Shown: piece after piece, positions 56,001 through 63,480 of the stretch
Layout of the letters: the number at the start of each line of letters is the position of its first letter
Position numbering within the stretch: position 1 is the stretch's first letter
NCBI GenBank assembly: GCA_946403755.1
Contig: CAMJBC010000004.1
Span: 44,157 to 108,156 of the forward strand
Source of the DNA: an uncultured Mycoplasmatota bacterium
GTDB lineage: Bacteria > Bacillota_I > Bacilli_A > RF39 > UBA660
Direction: 5' to 3'
DNA: 64,000 bases
Program-made: the position numbers and the translations under genes
The notes under the pieces: generated by a model
Database searches by the model: none
What the model saw: only the letters and a program-made list of their open reading frames with translations
Told to the model about the DNA's origin: nothing

Positions 56001-57016
56001 GGTGCATCTGGATCAAATGTTATTGTATATTCATTTGCATGTCCTTTAGCAACTATATCTTTATGTGTTTCATCTATTAGTGTATATGTTGTTTCATATA
56101 CTCCACTTGGACTTACAAATTCTGTAGTTCCTACAAAATATCCATCAAATGTCCATCCAGTTCTAGCTGGTATTGATGTAAATTTACCAACTCTTACTGT
56201 TAAGTTTCTATCATTATAATATCCAAGTCCATATCTATAGAAGAATTGATTATTAACTGGATCACTAAAACATCTTGAATTTGTTCCAAATTTTGTTGTT
56301 ACACTAAAGCATGGTGTTGGTAATGTAACAGAATCTCTTGATTCAGATAACACTACTTCACATGTTATATCTTTTTCAACTGAACTAAATGTTAATATAT
56401 TATTTTCTACTTTTGCACTACTTCCACATGTATGATTAGCATATGCCCATCCTGAATCAGGTTTTATTGTAAATGATACTGGTACATTTGCTCTTACTTC
56501 TTGCATTTTACTTTCTGCTGGTGTATCAGCACCTACTTGTAGTTTTCCATGGCTTCTTACTTTTACTGTTACTTTATATGAATCTAAGAATATCCATGGA
56601 TCTTCTTTTGTTCCTATTCCACTTACAGTAGTATCATGTTTTACATATTCAGTTGGTTTTGTTTTAGCATCAGACCCACTTATAAAATTTTCACTTACTA
56701 TTTTATTTTCTATAGTCCATATTTTTGTTCCATCATATATATATGAAAATGACATTGGATTTGTATTTTTCTTTCTTGTTATTTCCATTTCTTTTTGTGT
56801 TATTAATCCACCAGTACTAAAACCATTTATTTTTATTGGTCTTATATTTCCGTCTAGTCCCCAAGTATCTGTTCTTGATACTAAATATCTATCTGGACTT
56901 AAAAATTTAGATTGATAATTGTTAACAATTTGTTTAGCATCACCAAAACTACTAGCATTTACTAGTATTGGTATTATTAATAATACGATAAATAAACACT
57001 TCAATATCCTTTTCAT
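53021..57016 (-). CDS. 1331-aa secreted Cys-rich protein with Listeria-Bacteroides (InlB B-repeat-like) repeats and GCC2/GCC3- or furin-like Cys modules
   Basis: Sec-type signal peptide MKRILKCLFIVLLIIPILVNASS. Repeats of the form G(Y/W)xFxG(Y/W)...LYA(K/Y)W, for example RKGYIFEGYFTEKNG...TLYAKW and RAGYVFAGYYTAVNG...TLYAYW. Cys modules CPGDNVEHPCPSG...CKQC and CPGDNTTKPCEPGKYQ...CISC. CxxGY(S/T)(L/I)xNxxC units. No LPXTG motif and no TM anchor. Confidence 0.8.
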   Translation of the reverse strand: MKRILKCLFIVLLIIPILVNASSFGDAKQIVNNYQSKFLSPDRYLVSRTDTWGLDGNIRPIKINGFSTGGLITQKEMEITRKKNTNPMSFSYIYDGTKIWTIENKIVSENFISGSDAKTKPTEYVKHDTTVSGIGTKEDPWIFLDSYKVTVKVRSHGKLQVGADTPAESKMQEVRANVPVSFTIKPDSGWAYANHTCGSSAKVENNILTFSSVEKDITCEVVLSESRDSVTLPTPCFSVTTKFGTNSRCFSDPVNNQFFYRYGLGYYNDRNLTVRVGKFTSIPARTGWTFDGYFVGTTEFVSPSGVYETTYTLIDETHKDIVAKGHANEYTITFDPDAPSGELNGAGTPSATVLYEHDLPSIVRPKRKGYIFEGYFTEKNGAGTQYYNADGSEAKIWEEPAHTTLYAKWKICTKDYFCPGDNVEHPCPSGLSTETTGSISCKQCRYYDSCLYNTLECHYGCDCYDYSYQCCSQYYYNSQFRGCLVYGTCSDTYCDNCSSCKYTTGSCTGGYVYNNSCVDGVTYDVNFNKQGGTGGSNGYSVTYYGDSPSIASTAIETPTRAGYVFAGYYTAVNGGGTKIINAKTTTEGFIAESDIRSILPSATPPYTLYAYWIECEAGNYCPGDNTTKPCEPGKYQNQKHQTSCISCIKESNQGMYGATSCEACNAGLTNTVDGKSVCDIECSNKANVKEWEIAVWNNDNTVTNNCKIKSCNNGYSLVNNQCVQNKATIKFVLNSGETIKTPTSNSNGTYNWTIDSNKYIYKNGTILTIVRNYNETLTTDGLPNYNNSGYIQITKIGYTAVSGAEWANKNDSSKKYNQNTQYNINDFCSAKTSDCEVALQVNWQKNSYTVAYARDGGTAGSSAPTAWKFDEAQQISAPTKKVKVTFSAGSTGATIGYSGAAANNSEHSYTFKGWTSSESAGLASTAKTGTGTNPSSAWTGTATTNQYFKNLRTGSGTVTLTATWQAPSIKLPTVTKTGYTCVWTGGASNQASGSTYTPAASGGPTQTNFTASCTPNVIAITLAKDGGSGGTDTIYEKYNTGWYLNSGATTSITGITNPTKSDYTFAGYFNGSTRVIDKGGTIKSGNTSFTSATSVTAKWCRSCTSSTACTLSISDDASCTYTTSCSAGYTLSNSGQYNASCTACSNSTNVATWGDGCTINSCNSGYTISNNKCVPSTITVGSSNEIQTGSCGPDETGRTKCWRILWAQITSIVCTANSNGTTTCRFNTHVRKSGGYNAWENFMYIKIYNSSGNVVTSRDECSIKPYTNDSKTNNVPGPWDDYCNITFNTPAAGTRYTYAAIVDNHGCIKGDNHYANFGWDNCNEMTGTIQF

Positions 57017-57032
57017 ATCTTCACCTATGATA

Positions 57033-57043
57033 ATTTTATCACA
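57033..57043 (-). promoter_or_regulatory. Extended -10 promoter TGTGATAAAAT for the 1331-aa gene
   Basis: The minus strand reads TTATTGTGATAAAATTATCATAGGTGAAGATATG, directly after the esaB terminator. Confidence 0.45.
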
Positions 57044-57044
57044 A

Positions 57045-57068
57045 TAAAAAAAGGACTTAAAGTCCTTT
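57045..57068 (-). terminator. Rho-independent terminator ending the essC-esaB unit
   Basis: AAGGACT-tta-AGTCCTT hairpin followed by a 7-nt T-run on the minus strand. Confidence 0.7.
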
Positions 57069-57079
57069 TTTAAAATCCA

Positions 57080-57331
57080 TTAAATTAATATCAATCTAGT
57101 TCCATTTTTAATATTTGTATTTTTTATTACTACATTCATATCATACAGTTCTCCAGTAGTTTTACCCATTATTACTGGTTCTCTTCTTTCATAAAAGTCA
57201 TCAGATAATTCAGGTAAAGCTTTTTTTAGAACTGTTATTAAATCATGTATTCTTCTATCTATTGGAACTAATAATTCATATTTTTTATCCAAAACTGGCA
57301 TTTCTACAATTACATATACTCTAAAATCCAT
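57080..57331 (-). CDS. esaB: YukD/EsaB-like ubiquitin-fold T7SS accessory protein
   Basis: 83 aa. The beta-grasp-like pattern ends ...IKNGTRLILI. RBS AGGAGGG overlaps the essC stop. Size and position next to essC are typical. Confidence 0.65.
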   Translation of the reverse strand: MDFRVYVIVEMPVLDKKYELLVPIDRRIHDLITVLKKALPELSDDFYERREPVIMGKTTGELYDMNVVIKNTNIKNGTRLILI

Positions 57332-57340
57332 ATAACCCTC

Positions 57341-60300
57341 CTAATCCTTAGTATAGAAATCTAGCATCTTAGTGAATCTAGCATTTCCTCTATCTACGTT
57401 GTAACCAAAGTCAACTGGTATTTGACTTCTAGTTTGTTTATTATATGTTGATGATTTAATAGTAAATTGATCTGTAATTCCAGAACCTACCCAAATTGCA
57501 TTAATTGGTTGAACATTATTTCTATAGAATTCTTCAAATTCATAAAGTTTAATTTTAGTAACTGCGTCTGCAATAATAACTTTAATATTTGGAATATCTT
57601 TAAGACTAGCAAGAGCATCTTTAACACCTTTTTGCTCTTCTTTTGGATACATATTAATAAATGCTTCAATTCCAAGAAGAATTACAACATGTGTCTTATC
57701 AGCCTCTGCTTTCATTTGTTCAAACATTGGTATTAAATCTGTACATTTATCACTAAAGTAATGTTTAAATGATGCAGGATCTAATACTGTTTCACCTGGG
57801 TCTGCTAAGTATACTTCTACGTTATACATATTTTGGATAACTTTTGCAAGTGAAGGTATAAATCTATCAAGTACAGATATTTCTTGACAAGATACAAGTG
57901 AAATTGGATTCTTAGAGAAGTTGAATGTACTAACTTCAAGACTACTCTTATAGATACCAATTGGTGTATTCTTAAGATCTGTAATCTTATTAGATATATC
58001 TTCCATACGTACATGATTTGGTAATACTGCGATTGTTTCTGCACGTTTTTTAACTTTTTCACTTAATTGATTACAAATGTTCTTAATGAATATATTAATT
58101 TCATCCCACTTATATGGATAAGCAGTTTGGAATTCATATATAGTACCATCTAGTTTTACTAAACCTCTACCATCTATAGCACTAGGTATTAATCCATGTA
58201 CTGGTCCTAGAACACTTGAATAATCTCCATCATCATTAAATTGTAAGCAGAATGTATTGCTGAAGTTTTGTGTTGTTTTTCCTCTTACTCCATTTGCTCC
58301 AGTAGCACTTATTACAAAATAAATACCATACTTTTCACATTCACGAGTCATTGAAGAAATAATTCCAACAAAGTCTTCATATGTTTCAGCTAACATTTCA
58401 TAGTTACTAATCATAACAATGATTCTTGGTAATGTTTGTCCACTATTCTTGATATAGATATTATAGTTACCATTATAAGTAGAGAATAATTTCTTTCTTC
58501 TTTCTAATTCTTTTGCAATTGTTGCAAATAAGTTAACTATTTTTTCATCTTCATTTAAGAATACTACATCACCTACTTGAGGTGCGGCCATAAATGAACC
58601 AAACATTTCATTACCAAAGTCTAGTATATAAATATTAACTTCATCAGATGAGTGATTAATTATTAAACTATATACTATTGATGTTAACATTATTTCTTTT
58701 CCAATAGCACCATATACAAGTGTATTACCTGTTTCACCAAAGTTTACAGTTAGTAATCCTTGTTTTTGGTTATTTGGATCATCATATTCACCTACTACAG
58801 CAGTTAGTTCCCAAAGTTTAGGAACAAATGAATATTTTCTAATTAAGTTAGTAACAAATATTTCAGCAGGAATCTTATCAAGCCATAATTTTTTAGCTTT
58901 TAAATCTTTAGAAGCAGCAGCATCACATATATATTTTAATATGTTAGGCAACTCTTCTCCTAAACTAATTCCTTCTACTCTTTGTATTGTTTCTATATTT
59001 CTATATGTATCTCCAATATTATTTATAAATGATACATTTCTATCAACAGTTTTAGCTATTTTATCCTTAGGAATATATTTAGCTCCCGCATAAGCAGCTT
59101 GTCCCATTGCAAAGTAATCATTATAACCTACTTGTAAATAGAAACGACCTGGGTTCTTTAATGTAACAGCATCAGGACATTTAATAACATCCATTGAGTC
59201 TGCTCTTTCTTGAACTTTTAAACAAACTTTAAATTTAGAGTTTGACCAGATTTGATCATCTACAATACCACTTGGTTTTTGTGTTGCTAGAATTAAGTGA
59301 ACTCCAAGTGAACGACCAATACGAGCAGTACTAATTAACTCTTGCATGAATGATGATTGTTGAGATTTTAATTCTGCGAACTCATCTGAGATGATAAATA
59401 AGTGTGAAACAGGTTCATCTATTTTTCCATCTCTATACATTTGTTGATATTTATAAATATCTAAAGTACTTTCATTTAATTTAATTTTAGCTTGATTAAA
59501 TAATTCTTGTCTTCTTTTTAATTCTGATTGAATACTAGCAAGTGCTCTATTAATCTCAGCTTTATCTAAGTTTGTAATAGTACCTGCTAAGTGTGGTAAT
59601 TTAACTCCAGTTAATTTGTTTTCAAATGCTCCTGTTAAGCCACCACCTTTATAGTCGATAAGTACGAATGATACTTCTTCTGGACTATAATTTAAACACA
59701 TAGATAACATAAATGTAATAATGAATTCTGATTTACCTGAACCAGTCATACCTGCTATTAAACCATGTGGCCCATGGAATTTTTCATGTAAGTCTAGAGT
59801 AAATAATTCTCCATCACCTCTAATTCCAATTGGAACACTTAGTGAGTTAACAGGATCTGATTTAGCCCATCTATCTAATACATTTAATTGTTCTATTTTA
59901 CCAACTTTACACATCTCTAAGAATCCAATTGATTTAGAGAAGTTTTCAAATACTAAATCTGATTTAATTGGTATATTTGATAATTTTTCACATAATAATG
60001 GTAAATTAATATCTTCAAATTTATCCATTACAAATGAACGTTGATTATCTTTATTTAAGTCATTTGTAACTATAGCACATGTTTTAGCATCTGCTGTTAA
60101 GAAGTTGTTACATTCATTAGGTAAATTAGAAATTCCATCATTAAGAATAATTAAACCAAATCCTAAATTACCAGGTTCTTTTAATATTTTGTTAATAATT
60201 TCAACATTTTTATTTTTCTTTATATTATCAACTACTATTAAATAATATGGTTTAACATTTTTATATGTAATATTTCCATCTTCATTAGCATTTTTTCTAG

Positions 60301-61897
60301 CCATATAAACTTGCTCTAAATAATATGATATTTTAGACATATCATCATAGTTATTAGCGAAGAATCTTATATCTCTAGCATCACTCCATGTATGTGGTAA
60401 CATTTTAAATGATTCCCATATATCACTAGTAGTATCACTAATCATATAAACTAATTTTAAATCATCATATGCATGATAAGTTGCTAATTGAAGCATTATA
60501 TTTTTTAACATTATCTCTTTATATTGAGATTCACCTATTAATACTAATTTATTTTTAGCTGCTAAATTAATAGTAACTGGTGCATTAGGTATTTCTTTAC
60601 CTGTATCTGCTACATTATTAAGAGCATCTTTTAAGTTATCTTCACTCATTGTAAAGTCTTCTACTGAATAAGATAATGCTAGTTTTAATGGAATTGTTCC
60701 TAAACCAACTCTAACTTCTAAGAAATCTTCACTATCTATTTTTCTTTGCCATAAAGTTCTTGTTTTATTTAAGATAACATTCTTTAAATATTTTGGTTCT
60801 GGATATAATTCTAAAAGTATTTGATGTTGATTATGTTTAATAGCAGATATTTTATTTCTTTTTTCTGCTAAATAATCACTATACTTTCTTTGTCTTTCTG
60901 CTTCTTTCTTTTGTTGTCTCTTCTTTTGGAATCTTCTTGATAAAGATGGCCATAATATACATGAAGCCATCATAGCAGCTGCTATTAATATAGCTGGTCC
61001 TGCTTTACTCCAAGTAGATGTACCATTAGAAACATTCATTATTGTTGTTGATAAACTAACTGCAGAAGAAGCAGTCATTGTAATCATAGGTCCTACAGTT
61101 AATATAAGAGGTTGTTCTTCTGGTTCTTGTTTTCCTGGAGGACTATCTATTTTCATATTTTCTTCAGTAACTGATGTTATAAATCGTGGTTGTCTTGAAT
61201 AATAATCGTTTTCAACATATAAAACAGCAGCATCATCTTCTTCAGTTGGTTTTGGATCTGAAGTATATGATGGTAATACATTTTCTACTAGTAAATCTGA
61301 GTTAATTCTCATTTTGTTATTATAATTATTTATTAAAACACTATCATTAACAACTATAAACGTATAACCAAATATAAATATGATATCTCCATTTTCTAGT
61401 TTTCTTTCTATTGTTCTAACATCATTAACATAAATACCATTCTTAGTGTCTATTGCTTTTACAGAAAATCCTTTTTCATCTTTTATTAAAACAGCATGAG
61501 ATTCATTAATATATTCATTATTTATAACAATACTTTGACTAGGATTTTTACCTATAGTATATTCTCCTGGTCTTACTACTTTATAAGTTCTATATGACTC
61601 ATCATTTTCTTTATAAATATATAATAAAACTGAAGAATAGTTATCATTATTATCTCTTATTTTTAAAGGATAGAAACTATTTAAAGATAATGATAGTTTT
61701 TCTACTTTAGCTCCACTTATTTCTAAATAGCAAGTACTATTAGACAACAAAAACCAAGAGTCTTCTATTTTCTCTAATGAAATTAGTTCCCTCTCGTTAC
61801 CATTATCATCAATATCTTTAATCCAATATGAATCTACGTTTTCACTTGGAAATGGATATTTATATAGTTTGTCATGTTTAATAACAACTATTTGCAT
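57341..61897 (-). CDS. essC: T7SSb FtsK/SpoIIIE-family ATPase EssC/YukBA
   Basis: 1518 aa. FHA-like N-terminal domains and two TM helices (LILTVGPMITMTASSAVSL, AGPAILIAAAMMASCILWPSL). The D1 P-loop is GLIAGMTGSGKSEF (nt 59729-59752) with Walker B LFIISDEFAEL, followed by two further ATPase-like repeats. Confidence 0.9.
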   Translation of the reverse strand: MQIVVIKHDKLYKYPFPSENVDSYWIKDIDDNGNERELISLEKIEDSWFLLSNSTCYLEISGAKVEKLSLSLNSFYPLKIRDNNDNYSSVLLYIYKENDESYRTYKVVRPGEYTIGKNPSQSIVINNEYINESHAVLIKDEKGFSVKAIDTKNGIYVNDVRTIERKLENGDIIFIFGYTFIVVNDSVLINNYNNKMRINSDLLVENVLPSYTSDPKPTEEDDAAVLYVENDYYSRQPRFITSVTEENMKIDSPPGKQEPEEQPLILTVGPMITMTASSAVSLSTTIMNVSNGTSTWSKAGPAILIAAAMMASCILWPSLSRRFQKKRQQKKEAERQRKYSDYLAEKRNKISAIKHNQHQILLELYPEPKYLKNVILNKTRTLWQRKIDSEDFLEVRVGLGTIPLKLALSYSVEDFTMSEDNLKDALNNVADTGKEIPNAPVTINLAAKNKLVLIGESQYKEIMLKNIMLQLATYHAYDDLKLVYMISDTTSDIWESFKMLPHTWSDARDIRFFANNYDDMSKISYYLEQVYMARKNANEDGNITYKNVKPYYLIVVDNIKKNKNVEIINKILKEPGNLGFGLIILNDGISNLPNECNNFLTADAKTCAIVTNDLNKDNQRSFVMDKFEDINLPLLCEKLSNIPIKSDLVFENFSKSIGFLEMCKVGKIEQLNVLDRWAKSDPVNSLSVPIGIRGDGELFTLDLHEKFHGPHGLIAGMTGSGKSEFIITFMLSMCLNYSPEEVSFVLIDYKGGGLTGAFENKLTGVKLPHLAGTITNLDKAEINRALASIQSELKRRQELFNQAKIKLNESTLDIYKYQQMYRDGKIDEPVSHLFIISDEFAELKSQQSSFMQELISTARIGRSLGVHLILATQKPSGIVDDQIWSNSKFKVCLKVQERADSMDVIKCPDAVTLKNPGRFYLQVGYNDYFAMGQAAYAGAKYIPKDKIAKTVDRNVSFINNIGDTYRNIETIQRVEGISLGEELPNILKYICDAAASKDLKAKKLWLDKIPAEIFVTNLIRKYSFVPKLWELTAVVGEYDDPNNQKQGLLTVNFGETGNTLVYGAIGKEIMLTSIVYSLIINHSSDEVNIYILDFGNEMFGSFMAAPQVGDVVFLNEDEKIVNLFATIAKELERRKKLFSTYNGNYNIYIKNSGQTLPRIIVMISNYEMLAETYEDFVGIISSMTRECEKYGIYFVISATGANGVRGKTTQNFSNTFCLQFNDDGDYSSVLGPVHGLIPSAIDGRGLVKLDGTIYEFQTAYPYKWDEINIFIKNICNQLSEKVKKRAETIAVLPNHVRMEDISNKITDLKNTPIGIYKSSLEVSTFNFSKNPISLVSCQEISVLDRFIPSLAKVIQNMYNVEVYLADPGETVLDPASFKHYFSDKCTDLIPMFEQMKAEADKTHVVILLGIEAFINMYPKEEQKGVKDALASLKDIPNIKVIIADAVTKIKLYEFEEFYRNNVQPINAIWVGSGITDQFTIKSSTYNKQTRSQIPVDFGYNVDRGNARFTKMLDFYTKD

Positions 61898-61929
61898 CTA
61901 ATAAACTCCCTCTTCTTCTTTTTTATTAT

Positions 61930-62421
61930 TTAATCTTCATCATTATACATTCTTTTTAATTCTTCCATGGTTTTTTCCATATCAGATTTTTCTACTTCAG
62001 TATTTCTTTCTACTGATGGAACTTCTGTTTGTTCTTCATATAAATGTTCTTTTTCATCTTGTTCTCTATATAATTGTTTTCTTTCTCTTTCTGCTGCATC
62101 TTTAGCATCATATAATTCTTTTAATTCTTTTTTAGCATCTTCTTTTTGATCATCTATATTAGACATAACATTTCTTAAATACATTTTATTGCTATCACTA
62201 ATATCTGCTAGTTTTCTTTCTATTTTGTTACCTTTCATAGAGGCACCAAGTAATTCTACACACTTTTCAACACTTTTAGATAAAGATGCAAAACCTTCTT
62301 CTAGAGTGTTTAGTGTTTTCATTTTTTCTTTGTTACTATCTATTCGGTTATCAATATTATTTATCTTAATTTTATTAACATAAATTCTATTGTCTGCTAC
62401 TTTTAAATCAGTATCATCCAT
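61930..62421 (-). CDS. Acidic coiled-coil protein in the T7SS locus (possible adaptor or substrate)
   Basis: 163 aa with no TM helix and heptad-like Lys/Glu-rich sequence. First gene after the post-esx terminator and promoter. Confidence 0.55.
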   Translation of the reverse strand: MDDTDLKVADNRIYVNKIKINNIDNRIDSNKEKMKTLNTLEEGFASLSKSVEKCVELLGASMKGNKIERKLADISDSNKMYLRNVMSNIDDQKEDAKKELKELYDAKDAAERERKQLYREQDEKEHLYEEQTEVPSVERNTEVEKSDMEKTMEELKRMYNDED

Positions 62422-62454
62422 AGTGCACCTCTATTTTATTCCATTATTAATTCC

Positions 62455-62465
62455 ATTGTATCACA
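62455..62465 (-). promoter_or_regulatory. Extended -10 promoter TGTGATACAAT for the 163-aa/essC/esaB unit
   Basis: The minus strand reads AAAAATGTGATACAATGG, about 30 nt before the start at 62421. Confidence 0.45.
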
Positions 62466-62474
62466 TTTTTTACA

Positions 62475-62504
62475 AATAAAAAAGAAGTATTTTCATACTT
62501 CTTA
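62475..62504 (-). terminator. Rho-independent terminator after the WXG100-like gene pair
   Basis: AAGAAGTAT-gaaa-ATACTTCTT hairpin followed by TTTTATTT on the minus strand. This mirrors the esxA-terminator arrangement of other T7SSb loci. Confidence 0.7.
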
Positions 62505-62516
62505 TATTTTTTTTGA

Positions 62517-62831
62517 TTAACCTTGTAATTGTTCTGCTTGAGCAGCCATTTGTCTTTCCATATAAGCTGTTTCTTCTGAAGCTCCAGTTATATTATCAGC
62601 AAATTGTTGCACTAAATTGCAATAATCATCAAATTTTTGTTTTAAAGAATCATATCTTTGTTTTAGAGATTCACTAGCATCTCCAACAAAAGCATCTTCG
62701 CCACCTACTCTTGCCATTTCAGCTCCGAAGTCATTGAAAATTCCGTTCATAGCATCTTTGCAAGCAACGATTTCTTCAGCATGTGCTTTAGTTTGTGGAT
62801 ATGATAAATATGTACTATTACTATCTGCCAT
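62517..62831 (-). CDS. WXG100-superfamily-like small helical protein (F-x-G in place of W-x-G)
   Basis: 104 aa, two predicted helices, central turn GGEDAFVGDASE. RBS AGGAGG. Confidence 0.6.
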   Translation of the reverse strand: MADSNSTYLSYPQTKAHAEEIVACKDAMNGIFNDFGAEMARVGGEDAFVGDASESLKQRYDSLKQKFDDYCNLVQQFADNITGASEETAYMERQMAAQAEQLQG

Positions 62832-62852
62832 TTTTAAATTCCTCCTTACTTA

Positions 62853-63158
62853 CTAATTTGCATTTACTTTGAAAGTATCAGCAATATTTTGTTCATTACG
62901 TTCTACAGTAGCTCCTGAACTTGTACAATAATTTCCGTAATCTTCAATTACTTTTGCCATATTTTCTAATTCATCTTTATAAGTTAAGATGTCAGCTGCA
63001 ATTGCTCTTGCACCGTCAGAAATATATGATCTTTCAACCATTTCAGCAATGTTACTATAGATCTTCGCTGTGTTTACACGGAAGTTTCCTGCTGATTCAA
63101 TCATTTTTCCACCCTCAGCTCTAAGTATAGCTGGGTCTGCTAAAAATACATTTGACAT
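62853..63158 (-). CDS. WXG100-like/Lap-like small helical protein without a W-x-G
   Basis: 101 aa helical hairpin with central turn ERSYISDGARA. RBS AAGGAGG. First gene of the locus. Confidence 0.5.
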   Translation of the reverse strand: MSNVFLADPAILRAEGGKMIESAGNFRVNTAKIYSNIAEMVERSYISDGARAIAADILTYKDELENMAKVIEDYGNYCTSSGATVERNEQNIADTFKVNAN

Positions 63159-63251
63159 AATCGTCCTCCTTTATCTTCTAACTTATATATCTAATATATC
63201 ATTTTTTAAAATTGAAGTAAATAAATTTTACACATTTATGACAAATTTACA

Positions 63252-63479
63252 TTATTCCTTTACTTCGAAATCACTTATCTTACCATTCTCATCTACTAAC
63301 TTATTAATTGTCTTAGTAGCAGAATTCAATTTTTTTTCACAAAAATCTATTAATTTCATAGCTTCTGTATACTTAGAAATAGACTTATCTAAATCTAAAT
63401 CTCCGCTTTCTAATTCTCCTACTATTTTCTCTAAATTCTTAACTGCATCTTCAAATGATTGTTCTTTCTTTTCTGCCAT
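63252..63479 (-). CDS. xseB: Exodeoxyribonuclease VII small subunit
   Basis: 75 aa. SFEDAVKNLEKIVGELESGDLDLDKSI is typical of XseB. It directly follows xseA. Confidence 0.9.
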   Translation of the reverse strand: MAEKKEQSFEDAVKNLEKIVGELESGDLDLDKSISKYTEAMKLIDFCEKKLNSATKTINKLVDENGKISDFEVKE

Positions 63480-63480
63480 A

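Noticed and set aside
57467-58062. Small ORFs on both strands inside essC (57467-57736 +, 57487-57675 -, 57817-58062 -); also 59721-60044 + and 54250-54468 -
   Set aside because: They are alternative or antisense frames within long, motif-bearing coding sequences. They have no RBS and low-complexity translations.
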